Assembly (NCBI GenBank): GCA_037142615.1
Contig: JBAXAI010000007.1
Coordinates: 1-64,000, forward strand
Direction of reading: 5' to 3'
Length of the DNA: 64,000 nucleotides
Origin: Spirochaetales bacterium
GTDB lineage: Bacteria > Spirochaetota > Spirochaetia > JABEVK01
Shown: in pieces, positions 1 to 9,402 of the stretch
How positions within the stretch are numbered: the stretch's first letter is position 1
How the letters are laid out: every line of letters starts with the position of its first letter
The notes under the pieces: model-generated
The model's database searches: none
The model's input: the letters and a program-made list of their open reading frames with translations, nothing else
Told to the model about the DNA's origin: nothing
Made by a program: the position numbers and the translations under genes

Positions 1-658
1 CGCCGTTGGTGCGGTTGTAGGCCCCCATCAGCAGCGCCGAGCGGGCCTCGGTGACGGCGGCGCGGAACGCGGGCAGGTAGGTTTCGTGCAGGTCGCGCTC
101 ACTCACGCGGGCGTCGAACACGTGGCGCAACGCCTCGGGTCCCGAGTGAACGGCAAAATGCTTCACGCAGGCGGCCACGCGCAGGTGTTCGGGGTAGTCA
201 CCCTGCAAGCCCGTGATGAACGCAACTCCTAGCCTCGCTGAAAGATAGGGGTCCTCGCCAAAGGTTTCTTGCCCCCGACCCCAGCGTGGATCGCGGAAGA
301 TGTTCACGTTGGGCGAAAAGAACGTCAGGCCCTGATACTGGCGGCGGTAGCCTTGCCGTGCCGCTTCGTGGTGCTTGGCCCTGGCTTCGAGCGCTGTCGC
401 CTCGGCCAACCGCTTGAGCAGCGCCGTGTCGAAGGTGGCGGCCAACCCGATGGTCTGGGGGAACACGGTCGCCGTCCCGGCGCGCCCCACGCCGTGCAGG
501 CACTCGCTCCACCAGTCGTATTCGGGTAGACTCAAGCGCGGGACGGCACGGGCGTCGTTGGTCATCAGACCGAGCTTTTCGTCGGTCGTCAGGCGGGCCA
601 GCAGGTCGGCCAACCGGGCGGTCAGCGGGAGCGCGGAATCCCGGAAGTTCTCATTCAT
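1..658 (-). CDS. GH3 beta-glucosidase/beta-xylosidase, N-terminal part (runs off the left edge)
   Basis: Not in the ORF track. Manual translation from ATG at 658 (AGGA upstream) gives MNENFRDSALPLTARLADLLARLTTDEK...WWSECLHGVGRAGTATVFPQTIGLAATFD...RDPRWGRGQETFGEDP...CVKHFAVHSGPE...MGAYNRTNG, all typical GH3 motifs. Confidence 0.93.
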   Translation of the reverse strand, partial: MNENFRDSALPLTARLADLLARLTTDEKLGLMTNDARAVPRLSLPEYDWWSECLHGVGRAGTATVFPQTIGLAATFDTALLKRLAEATALEARAKHHEAARQGYRRQYQGLTFFSPNVNIFRDPRWGRGQETFGEDPYLSARLGVAFITGLQGDYPEHLRVAACVKHFAVHSGPEALRHVFDARVSERDLHETYLPAFRAAVTEARSALLMGAYNRTNG

Positions 659-703
659 ACGTTCATCCTACGCCCCCCGGTTCTTTCTTGACAAGGCGGA
701 TTT

Positions 704-747
704 GGATATTATATCCTATTTTTGGTTCAGTTCTGGATTTTTTATTC
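704..747. promoter_or_regulatory. Paired GGAT-N5-ATCC operator, copy 1, with TTGACA at 688-693
   Basis: GGATATTATATCC (704-716, perfect palindrome) and GGATTTTTTATTC (735-747) in the divergent GH3/oxidoreductase gap. Confidence 0.75.
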
Positions 748-767
748 AGCGACTTCGGAGGTCGATT

Positions 768-2069
768 ATGGCGCAGAAGAAACGATACGTTCAGGTGGGA
801 CTCGGCGGACGGGCCCCCTTCTTTTATGAGGCCGTAGCCGGCCGGTTCAAGGACACCAGCGAGCTCGTCGCGCTCTGCGACGTCAACCAGACCCGCATGG
901 ATTACGCGAACTCGGTGTTGAAGGACAAGTTCGGGTACAAGGCCCTGCCCACCTACGGCATCGACAAGTTCGACGAAATGGTGACCACGCACAAGCCCGA
1001 CGCGGTGATCGTCACCAGCATCGACCGCACCCACCACCATTATATTGTGCGCGCCATGGAACTCGGCTACGACGTGATCAGCGAAAAGCCCATGACCATC
1101 GACGAGGTGAAGTGCCAGGAAATCCTCGACACCGTGGAACGCACCGGCCGCAAGCTGCGCGTCACCTTTAATTACCGCTACGCCCCCCACAACACCAAGA
1201 TCCGCGAACTGCTCCGCGACGGCGTGATCGGCGACGTGCAGGCCGTTCACTTTGAGTGGACGCTCGACACGGCCCACGGAGCCGACTACTTCCGCCGCTG
1301 GCACCGCGACAAGCGCAATTCCGGCGGGCTGTTGGTGCACAAGGCCACCCACCACTTCGACCTGGTCAACTTCTGGCTCGGCAGCCGACCCAAGACCGTG
1401 TTCGCCATGGGAGACCTGCGTTTCTACGGCCGCGAAAACGCCGAAAAGCGCGGCGTGACCAAGTTCTACAGCCGCGTGCACGGCAGCCCCAACGCCGTGG
1501 GCGACCCGTTTGCCTACGACCCCGCCGAAAGCCCGGCCATGAAGGCCATCTACCTCGATGCCGAAAAAGACGACGGCTACGTGCGCGACCAAAGCGTGTT
1601 CGGCGACGGCATCAGCATCGAAGACACCATGAGCCTCTTGGTGCGCTACCAGACCGGCGCCGTGATGAGCTACCAGTTGGTGGCCTATTCCCCGTGGGAA
1701 GGTTTCCGCGTCAACTTCACCGGCACCAAGGGCCGCCTCGAGGCCGACATTTTGGAACGCAGCTACGTCAGCCTCGCCGGCCCCCGCGAAATGGAAGGCG
1801 CCGCCAACAGCCGCAAGATCACCGTTCGGCCCCAGTTCGCCCCTCCCTACGAGGTCGAGATTCCGGAAGGCGAAGGCGGCCACGGCGGCGGCGACCCGGT
1901 GCTCCTGAACGACATCTTTGGCACACCAGGACCCGACCCCTTCCACCGCGCGGCCAGTCACATCGATGGCGCAATGAGCATCTTGACCGGGATCGCCGGC
2001 AACAAGTCCATCCGCACCGGCCTGCCCGTCGAGGTGGATTCACTGGTGAAGTTTCCAGGCCAGAAGTAG
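768..2069 (+). CDS. Gfo/Idh/MocA family NAD(P)-dependent oxidoreductase
   Basis: Start MAQKKRY after GGAGG; VGLGGR Rossmann loop, SEKP motif, HKATHHFD, C-terminal GGHGGGD. Confidence 0.92.
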   Translation: MAQKKRYVQVGLGGRAPFFYEAVAGRFKDTSELVALCDVNQTRMDYANSVLKDKFGYKALPTYGIDKFDEMVTTHKPDAVIVTSIDRTHHHYIVRAMELGYDVISEKPMTIDEVKCQEILDTVERTGRKLRVTFNYRYAPHNTKIRELLRDGVIGDVQAVHFEWTLDTAHGADYFRRWHRDKRNSGGLLVHKATHHFDLVNFWLGSRPKTVFAMGDLRFYGRENAEKRGVTKFYSRVHGSPNAVGDPFAYDPAESPAMKAIYLDAEKDDGYVRDQSVFGDGISIEDTMSLLVRYQTGAVMSYQLVAYSPWEGFRVNFTGTKGRLEADILERSYVSLAGPREMEGAANSRKITVRPQFAPPYEVEIPEGEGGHGGGDPVLLNDIFGTPGPDPFHRAASHIDGAMSILTGIAGNKSIRTGLPVEVDSLVKFPGQK

Positions 2070-2074
2070 CGGCC

Positions 2075-3190
2075 ATGCCGGTGCGCTACGGGGTGATCGG
2101 GTGCGGTCACCGCATGCGGTCGTTGGGCAAACTGGTGGCCCAGCACCCTGAGGTCGAGTTGGCAGCGGCCTGGGACCCGGACCTCACCGCCGTGCCGCGT
2201 TTGGCGCAGATCGCCGGTCGGCCGATCCAGGCCGCCGAGAACTGGGAGGCCGTTGTCCAGGCCGACATCGACTGGATCTTCGTGGCCAGCCCCAACGTGT
2301 TCCACCGCGAGCAGATCGAGGCCGCGCTCGCGGCGGGCAAGCACGTGTTTGCCGAAAAGCCGCTGGCCACCACCACCGAAGACTGCCTGGCGCTTGCCCA
2401 CGCGGTCCGTTCTGGCAACCGCATCCTGATGACAGGCTTCACGCTCCGCTATTCTGGGCTCTACCGCAAGGTCAAAGCCCTGCTGGCCGAAGGCCGCATC
2501 GGCACCATCATCAGCATCGACGCCACCGAGAACCTGCAAGCTGGCCACGGCGCCTACATCATGACCAACTGGCGACGCGACTACGCTCTGGCGGGGAGCA
2601 ACGTGCTCGAAAAATGCGTGCACGACCTCGACCTGCTCAACTGGTTCACCGAGTCGGTTCCCAGCCGGGTGGCGGCGTTCGGCGGGACCAACCTGTTCAC
2701 GCCCGAACACGCCGACTTGTGGGAACGCTCGGTGCGCTTTAAGGACAAAGGCCAAACCGTCGCCAGCGGCCTCAACCCGTTCACCACCGAAAAGAGCATC
2801 GAAGACAACCTCGTCGCCATCTTGGAATACCAGAACGGCATGCGGGCGCAGTTCCAGCTCACCAGCAGCAACGCCATCCCCGAGCGCCGCATGTATATCA
2901 GCGGCACCGAGGGCAATCTCGTGCTCGATCTCGTGACGGGCAAAATCACCTTGCGCACCTTGTTCGACCAGACCTACCTCACGTGGGCCGAAGCCGGCTG
3001 GGCGGACGGCCATGGCGGCGGTGACGAAGTGCTGGTCCGCGAACTGGTCGAAGCCATGGTGCACGGCACGCGGCCCTCCACCGGCATCGAAGAAGGTTTG
3101 CGCAGCACGCTGGTGGGCATAGCCCTCGACCGGGCCCGGCGCGAAAAACGCGTGGTCGAGCTCGATGAGTTGTGGAGGGAGGTGTCGTAG
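2075..3190 (+). CDS. Gfo/Idh/MocA family oxidoreductase
   Basis: MPVRYGVIGCG, AEKP, EKCVHDLD, DGHGGGD. True start lies inside the 1256..3190 ORF. Confidence 0.9.
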   Translation: MPVRYGVIGCGHRMRSLGKLVAQHPEVELAAAWDPDLTAVPRLAQIAGRPIQAAENWEAVVQADIDWIFVASPNVFHREQIEAALAAGKHVFAEKPLATTTEDCLALAHAVRSGNRILMTGFTLRYSGLYRKVKALLAEGRIGTIISIDATENLQAGHGAYIMTNWRRDYALAGSNVLEKCVHDLDLLNWFTESVPSRVAAFGGTNLFTPEHADLWERSVRFKDKGQTVASGLNPFTTEKSIEDNLVAILEYQNGMRAQFQLTSSNAIPERRMYISGTEGNLVLDLVTGKITLRTLFDQTYLTWAEAGWADGHGGGDEVLVRELVEAMVHGTRPSTGIEEGLRSTLVGIALDRARREKRVVELDELWREVS

Positions 3191-4192
3191 ATGCAAGATT
3201 TTCCGTACCACGAGAACAAGGTGGACTGGAAGCGTCCCGCCATCGACAAGGCGGTGTTGCAAGAATGCACGCGCCGAAGCGACCTTCAGGGCTGGATCCA
3301 CAGCGTGGGTGTTCTGGCGATTCTCGGGTCCACCGGTTCCCTCTGCTGGTGGCTGTTCCAAACCCAGCAATGGCTTTGGTTGGCGCTGGCGCTCTACCTG
3401 CACGGCGGTGTTTTTGCGTTCAACCCGCAGACCCATGAGTTTTCTCACGGCACCGTCTTCAAGACCAAGGCACTGAATACGACTTGGGCCAGGGTCTACG
3501 GAATCCTCCATTGGAACGGCAATCCGGCCCTCTACAAGATGAGCCACGCCTACCACCATCAGTACACGCTCCACCGGCAGAGCGAGGGGGAAGAAGTGCA
3601 CCCGAAGGCCGAGCTGAGCGATGAGCTCTGGGCCACCGCCTTCCAGGTCATCGATCTCAATGGTTTTGTGGGGACGCTGTATGACCAGATCAAGAGCCTG
3701 TTTGTCCCCTTTGCCCGGAACTCCCGGCGCAAATTGTGGCTGCGCTACGTGTACGCCAAGAGTAGCCGCAAAGCTCAGCGTGACCTGTGGTGGACAACCC
3801 TGACGCAGTTGCTCGTCCACGTCGTTTTTGGCGTGTTCGCCGTGGCCGCTGGGCAAGGATTCCTGATTGTCGTGGTGAGCTTGCCCGCCTTTTATGGCGC
3901 GAGATGGTACCATCAGTGGGTGCACGACACCATGCACGTCGGGCGCGAACCCGAGTCAGACGACTTCCGGCTCTGCTGCCGCACCGTCAAGGTGGACCCG
4001 CTGACCTCGTTCCTGTTTTGGCATATGGAGTGGCACACCGAACATCACGCGTTTGCGGGGGTTCCCTGCTACCACCTGGGCAAGTTCCACCGCCGCACCA
4101 AAGACCTTTGGTACAAACCCCAGACGCTGGTGGAAGCCTGGCGCGAAATGAACCGGCATAGCCGCAAGCTGCTGGCGCTCGAAGGGGATTGA
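3191..4192 (+). CDS. Membrane di-iron enzyme of the fatty-acid-desaturase superfamily (MocD-like)
   Basis: Three His boxes HEFSH, HAYHH, HTEHH plus hydrophobic segments. Confidence 0.88.
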   Translation: MQDFPYHENKVDWKRPAIDKAVLQECTRRSDLQGWIHSVGVLAILGSTGSLCWWLFQTQQWLWLALALYLHGGVFAFNPQTHEFSHGTVFKTKALNTTWARVYGILHWNGNPALYKMSHAYHHQYTLHRQSEGEEVHPKAELSDELWATAFQVIDLNGFVGTLYDQIKSLFVPFARNSRRKLWLRYVYAKSSRKAQRDLWWTTLTQLLVHVVFGVFAVAAGQGFLIVVVSLPAFYGARWYHQWVHDTMHVGREPESDDFRLCCRTVKVDPLTSFLFWHMEWHTEHHAFAGVPCYHLGKFHRRTKDLWYKPQTLVEAWREMNRHSRKLLALEGD

Positions 4193-4207
4193 GGCACAGA
4201 AGGTCGC

Positions 4208-4842
4208 CTACACTTCGTCCCAGCGCACGTAGTCCGTTCCCGGGGTCGGCCAGTTCCGCTTGGTTTCGCCCCGGTAGACAATACGCTGGTCGATTCGATG
4301 GCCTTGGCTCTCGAACAACGGGCGCAGCTGCGTGGTGACCGAGTCGAGGCGCTTTGCCCATTCCACTTTGGGAGTCGATCCAGCCTTGATCTCGGTCAGG
4401 GTCACGAGCCTGGCTCCCGGGTCCACCGTGATCAGGTCGACTTCGAGGCCCGAATTGTCGCGGTAGAACCAGAACTCTTTGCCGTCTCCACGATGCAGGG
4501 AGCGTTTGACGAGCTCAGCAACGACGAGATTCTCGAACAAAGGCCCCGCGAGCGGACCACAAGAGCAGGGTAACTTCCACGCAAAATCTGGCTGGGGCGG
4601 GTCTCGGCAGGCATCTCGTTCAGTTCCAGCGGCAAGAGTGTCAGGTAGGCAGCCCGTCCCGCCAGACTCTCGCTGCAAGAAAGCCCCGGGGGTCAGTCGC
4701 GAAGGCCTGCTGTTCCTGGGGATCGTCAAAGCTGACATAGTCCACTTCGGGGAGCATCTGCCGGATCAAGGTGGACTTTCCCGACTGCCGGGGACCGGTC
4801 ACGACCACGCAGGGGAACAGCGTGAGGTAGCGGCGAAGTCCC
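4208..4842 (-). pseudogene. AAA_14/DUF4143 ATPase pseudogene in three frame-shifted fragments
   Basis: Walker A GPRQSGKST at 4770-4796 (no start codon); middle piece LPLELNE...RGSYP in a second frame; DUF4143-type GPLFEN...FYRDNSGLEVDL...EIK in a third frame. Confidence 0.85.
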
Positions 4843-6336
4843 CTACACCACCCCGGTCCACTCCACCCCGGCGACGAGGCGCACCACCACGGTGCGCCCT
4901 CCGCGGTGTAGTTCCACCTTCAGTTCGCGGGTGCCGCGCAAAGTGACGCTCGCCGGGCCGGAATTGTCGTCGGCCGGGGCCTCGCAGGTCACATCGACAA
5001 AGTCAGGAGAACCCTGCTTGTCACGGCCGACGGGGAGCCGTTTCAGCCCGTGGGGGCCCTCGAGGCGCAGGTCCCACACCACTGTGCCTGCCACTGCATC
5101 GACTTCGAGGCCCAAAACGTGTTCGATGAGCATCGAAATGGGTCCCAGTCCCGACCAGCCGACAAAGTCGGGTTTGCTGGTGCCGGGGCCGTAGGGTTTG
5201 AGTCCGGGACGGTCCAGGTCGGGCGCGACGTTCTCCCAGAGGGTGTGCGGCTCGTTGACGTCGTGCACACGCACCAGGCCCTCCAGATAGCGCCTGGCAA
5301 TCCGATGGGCCACCTCTCGCCGGCCGCAGTGGGCCAAGCCCTGAAGCACCATGTAGTTTGCGGGAGCCCAGACTCCGCCGCGCCAAAAGACTCCGTCGCC
5401 CCGGTAATTGGGGTCGTCGGCGGCCAGCGACGGTACGGGAATCGAACGGGCGAACTCGGCGCGATTCTCAAGGTGGCCAACCAGGTCGTCCACACGCTCG
5501 GCCGGGCAATACCCCGCGACCAGGGGCCAGAAGCCGGCGATGGTTTTGGCCGACACGAAGTTGCGGGGCAGCATGCGGTCGTGGTAAAAGCGGTCGGCCG
5601 CGCACCACAGCTCGTCGTTCACCAGGGCCCCGATTTCAGCGCCGCGCCGGGCCCACGCCTCGGCTTTGGCCTTCTGGTCCAGTTGCGCCGCCATGTTCGC
5701 CAGCATCCGGTAACTGAGGGCCATTTGCGCCGACAGGTCGATCCAGTCGAAGTAGGCTCCAGCTTCGGGGTTGCGGGGAGTGCGCGGAGAATCGTCCATG
5801 CCCGAGGAGCCGCAGTCCTCAAAAAAGAACAACTGGAAGGGGTCGGGTTGCCCGCTGGTCTCGCGCAAACGCGAATGCGGCGCAGTGCGTCGGTTGGCCT
5901 CGATCCACTCCATGAACTTGCCGATGCGGTGCACGGCGCGGGCCAGTCGGCTGTCGTCGCCAGTGAGTCGGAAGTGCTCCCACTCGGCCCAAGCAAACAA
6001 CGGGGGATTGATGCGGTTGGGCCACGGCTCCAGCCCGGTGGTCATGTCGTAGGTCATGCCAAGGTAGCCGTCGGCCCGCTGCAGCTCGTAGAAGTTGTCC
6101 AGCCCGTCGATGCCGGGAAACCGGTCCGGAGCGTAACGGGTGTAGAACGCGATGAAACAGGTGTCCCACACCCACTGGAAGTTGCGCTTGCCGTCCCAGG
6201 CGGCGTCGATGTAGCCGCGTCCGTTCACCGTGCGGATGTGCGCCTCGGCCAGGGTCCACGCCAGCTCGTAGAGCGCCTTCCACTCCGGATGACCAGGGAC
6301 AAGGGGCTCGGGGAGTCTGGAAAAGTCGACCATCAC
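4843..6336 (-). CDS. GH63/MGH1-like (alpha/alpha)6 glycoside hydrolase
   Basis: FQWVWDTCF, NPPLFAWAEW, SGMDDSPR, FWRGGVWAP, LWEN, DFVGWSG. Confidence 0.82.
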   Translation of the reverse strand: MMVDFSRLPEPLVPGHPEWKALYELAWTLAEAHIRTVNGRGYIDAAWDGKRNFQWVWDTCFIAFYTRYAPDRFPGIDGLDNFYELQRADGYLGMTYDMTTGLEPWPNRINPPLFAWAEWEHFRLTGDDSRLARAVHRIGKFMEWIEANRRTAPHSRLRETSGQPDPFQLFFFEDCGSSGMDDSPRTPRNPEAGAYFDWIDLSAQMALSYRMLANMAAQLDQKAKAEAWARRGAEIGALVNDELWCAADRFYHDRMLPRNFVSAKTIAGFWPLVAGYCPAERVDDLVGHLENRAEFARSIPVPSLAADDPNYRGDGVFWRGGVWAPANYMVLQGLAHCGRREVAHRIARRYLEGLVRVHDVNEPHTLWENVAPDLDRPGLKPYGPGTSKPDFVGWSGLGPISMLIEHVLGLEVDAVAGTVVWDLRLEGPHGLKRLPVGRDKQGSPDFVDVTCEAPADDNSGPASVTLRGTRELKVELHRGGRTVVVRLVAGVEWTGVV

Positions 6337-8378
6337 CAGGTCTCCCGGTTGTACAGGCCACGCAGCGCCTTGTCGCCTTCCAACAACTGGGCGAACTCGA
6401 CCAGCGTGGCTCGGGCTTGGGGATCAAACTTGAAGCCCAGCGCGCGCTCGAGAACCGGGCCAGGCACCCCAGGAGCCAACAACTGCTGCGTCAGCGCGCG
6501 GGCGGCATCCCACTCGGTGACCACGGCCCGCAGGTGACGAGCCACCGACCTTCGCTGGTCGCCGTCATCCGGGAGCGGAAACTTCAGCAGCGCCACTGCG
6601 TCGAGCAAACCCTTGCCCAACCTGCACTTGAGCAGTTGGACCACCGCGCCGAGGCGGACCACCCCGAAGCTACGGATGTTGGTTCGCACCGAAGGCAGCG
6701 CGGCGTCGAACAGCGCCAGGGCCTCGACGGCCCGCGCTCGGCCGAGTTCGAGTTGCCGCTGCGCTTTGCCCACGTTCTCTTGCTGAGCATACCCGGCCAG
6801 CAACTGCGTGAAGTTGAGCGCCGACCAGTCGTAGCGGTCCAGCCAGTCGGGCAGGTAGTGCACGCTCGAGTCGACAAAGGGCGGCGCCAGGTGGGGGTTC
6901 ATCGCCTCTTTCTTTTTGAGGGTGAGCTCCGAGACCAGGTCGAGCGCGCGGTCGAGCGCGAAATCGAAACCCCAGACCACCTGCGAGAACCGACGCGCAA
7001 AGTCCGACTGCTCGCCGGTGCCAGACCACGCGCCCTCGGCCCCAAACGCGATGGCGATGTGCCCGGGCTCGGCGGGGGCGGTTTTGGTCCAGTCGGTGAC
7101 GAACAGGCCGTCGAACCCATTGCGGACCGCCTCGGCCGACAGCACCGCGTTGGCGCGCATGGCCCGTTTGTAGGGGAAGGTCGCGTCACCGTGCAGGCTG
7201 AACCGGGCGGCCGTGGCGGCGTGCACCTTGCGCCCCCGTCCCCGGTAACTTTCGAGCACGTAGGTGCGGTTCCAGTCCACGGGGTCGTAGTTCCAGTAGA
7301 TCACCTCGATGGCTTTGTCGAGCTGGTCGTGGATGTCGGGGTGGTCTTCCAGGATGTCGCCCCACACCATCGCGGTAACGCCACGCTGTTTCAGCTGGGC
7401 GGCAATCGCGTTGCAGTGGCGGGCGTAAAGCGCCCCGATCCCGTCGGTAGCCGCGGTGCGGGCACAGTCGGGGCATTCGCCCAGCCGCCGAGACTCGTCG
7501 CCACCGATGTGAAACCGCGTGGGTGCCAGCGCGTCGATCACTTCGCCCGCGAGACGACCGTAGAACTCGACCACGGCGGGCTTGCTCAGACAGTACTGCT
7601 GGCTGGTCGCCGGGAGCTCGCGCAGGTGGGCGTACTCGCGGTGGCGCAGCACGTGGTAGGCGTGCCCGATGCTCTGCACCAGCGGAATCAGCTCCATCCC
7701 CTGCACGGCACAGGCCTGCTTGAGCCCCTCGATTTGCGCCGCAGTAAAGGCCGACGGAGCCCGCAGGCGCTCGTCCTTCCACGGAAAGAAGTTTTCGGGC
7801 TCGAACAGGACAGCATTCATCTTGAGGGAACCGAACAGGGCAAGGGCCTCGAGCGCCGCCTCGTAACTCGGCGCCACCCCGGGCAGCTGGTCGTGCACCA
7901 TGTGGTAGCACAGGTGGAACCCGCGTTCGGCCAACAGCGGCCAGTCGGCGATTTTGAGCGGTGGCAGAAGCTTGGCTCCGGTGGGCTCTGAGGCTCCGCA
8001 GAGCACTTGCGCCAACGTGCGCAGGCCGTGGCGACGCCCTTGGTCGGTGTCGGCCCCCAGCAGCACGGAACGGCCTTGCGTGACCAGCAAGTACCCTTCG
8101 CGGGGGTCGAACCCCGCCGGTGGGCCAAAACCGCACTCGGTGGTCACAGCGGCCAGCGTCAGACGCCGCAGAGTCAGGTTCCACCCAGCCAGGGTGGCCG
8201 AAGCGTCCTTCAAGAGGGCTAGCGCCACGTCAGCCGAGGCCAGCGTGGCGGCCCGGCGGCCGGGAGAGGTGGACGCCGGGGCGATAAGTTCCACCCCGCC
8301 CGGGCCGGCAAACAGCACGCGAGGTCGCGGAATCAAGAATGGGGCGGGGGACAAGGCGGCAGGGGGCAAATCATCCAT
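6333..8378 (-). CDS. GH20-like beta-N-acetylhexosaminidase family protein
   Basis: EGYLL...G.RHG..TL.Q, DWP...RG, ELIPLVQSIGH, catalytic HIGGDE, WGD. Start MDDLP overlaps the upstream stop. Confidence 0.78.
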   Translation of the reverse strand: MDDLPPAALSPAPFLIPRPRVLFAGPGGVELIAPASTSPGRRAATLASADVALALLKDASATLAGWNLTLRRLTLAAVTTECGFGPPAGFDPREGYLLVTQGRSVLLGADTDQGRRHGLRTLAQVLCGASEPTGAKLLPPLKIADWPLLAERGFHLCYHMVHDQLPGVAPSYEAALEALALFGSLKMNAVLFEPENFFPWKDERLRAPSAFTAAQIEGLKQACAVQGMELIPLVQSIGHAYHVLRHREYAHLRELPATSQQYCLSKPAVVEFYGRLAGEVIDALAPTRFHIGGDESRRLGECPDCARTAATDGIGALYARHCNAIAAQLKQRGVTAMVWGDILEDHPDIHDQLDKAIEVIYWNYDPVDWNRTYVLESYRGRGRKVHAATAARFSLHGDATFPYKRAMRANAVLSAEAVRNGFDGLFVTDWTKTAPAEPGHIAIAFGAEGAWSGTGEQSDFARRFSQVVWGFDFALDRALDLVSELTLKKKEAMNPHLAPPFVDSSVHYLPDWLDRYDWSALNFTQLLAGYAQQENVGKAQRQLELGRARAVEALALFDAALPSVRTNIRSFGVVRLGAVVQLLKCRLGKGLLDAVALLKFPLPDDGDQRRSVARHLRAVVTEWDAARALTQQLLAPGVPGPVLERALGFKFDPQARATLVEFAQLLEGDKALRGLYNRETW

Positions 8379-9393
8379 GGGTATACTTTCCTTCGTTGAG
8401 AAAAACCTGCCTGGCCCATTCGGCCGACTGGTCGGGAATCTGTATCGAGGGCCAATCGGTGTAGTCAGCGGCGATGAACCCACCGCCGCCCCGGCCGAAC
8501 TCGCGGAGCATCAGGCGGGCCTCGGCCTCGATGAGGTCGCGGTCGCCGCCGGGCATCACGGCCTGGATGTCGACGGGGCTCCAGAACGTCACTCGGGACC
8601 CGAACTCGCGGGCCAGGCGCTCCACGCCGACCAGTTCCGGCTGGTCGAACTGGAACACGTCGACCCCGGCGTCGAGCAGGTCGGGAATGATCTCGAGGAT
8701 GTAGCCGCACGAGTGCACCACGTAGGCCATACCGCGTTCGTGAGCCCGGTCGGCGACGGCCCGGAAGGCCGGCCCGAACAGGCTTCGCCACGTGGTGGGG
8801 CTCACCAACAGGGCTTCCTGCGTGCCCCAGTCTTCGCCCGAGTACACGGCATCCGCCCCCGCATCGGCGTTGGCATCCACGTGCTCGAGCAGGTGGGCCG
8901 TCAATTGGGCCACCACAGCGCGCACGCGGTCTTCCTCGAGCAGCACGTCCATCAGGGTGTTTTCCATGCCGCGCAGACACCGAAGGATCGAGAACGGCAT
9001 GCCCGGCAGCATGCCCATGGCCCAGCGGCCGTTGCGACCAGCCAGCGCCGCGTCGACGGTGGGGCGGGTCGCGAGGTCGAGGGCGGGAGGCTTCCAAAGG
9101 TCGGCGGCTTCCCAATCCTGTTCAAAGAGCCCGAGCACGCATTCGCCCTTGGTGAGGTCGTCGAGACGGCCCCACACGTTGCCGTACACATCGGTCTTGA
9201 GCTGACCGGCAAACCCGGGCACCCGCCTGGCCAACGCCGGTTCGCGGCCCCACTCGGTTTCGCCCGCCGAGACACTGCCAAACGACGGCAGCACCAGAAT
9301 GTCGTTGGGATACCCGGGCTTGCGGAAGCGGTACCCCACCCGGGGGGCGTCTTCGCGGGCTAACACCCGGCGGATAATCTCTCGGCTTTCCAT
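8371..9393 (-). CDS. Uroporphyrinogen decarboxylase / MtaA-CmuA methyltransferase family protein
   Basis: LRGMEN.L.D, GEDWGTQ, HSCG.I..IIPDL..AGVD, DIQ, GGGFI. Confidence 0.88.
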   Translation of the reverse strand: MESREIIRRVLAREDAPRVGYRFRKPGYPNDILVLPSFGSVSAGETEWGREPALARRVPGFAGQLKTDVYGNVWGRLDDLTKGECVLGLFEQDWEAADLWKPPALDLATRPTVDAALAGRNGRWAMGMLPGMPFSILRCLRGMENTLMDVLLEEDRVRAVVAQLTAHLLEHVDANADAGADAVYSGEDWGTQEALLVSPTTWRSLFGPAFRAVADRAHERGMAYVVHSCGYILEIIPDLLDAGVDVFQFDQPELVGVERLAREFGSRVTFWSPVDIQAVMPGGDRDLIEAEARLMLREFGRGGGGFIAADYTDWPSIQIPDQSAEWARQVFLNEGKYTHG

Positions 9394-9402
9394 GGAATCT
9401 CC

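Noticed and set aside
375-767. N-terminal extension of ORF 375..2069
   Set aside because: Antisense to the GH3 gene and crosses the promoter; the RBS-supported start is 768.
1256-2074. Apparent 644-aa ORF or fusion
   Set aside because: The first 273 codons are an Arg-rich off-frame read of the upstream gene; the real start is 2075.
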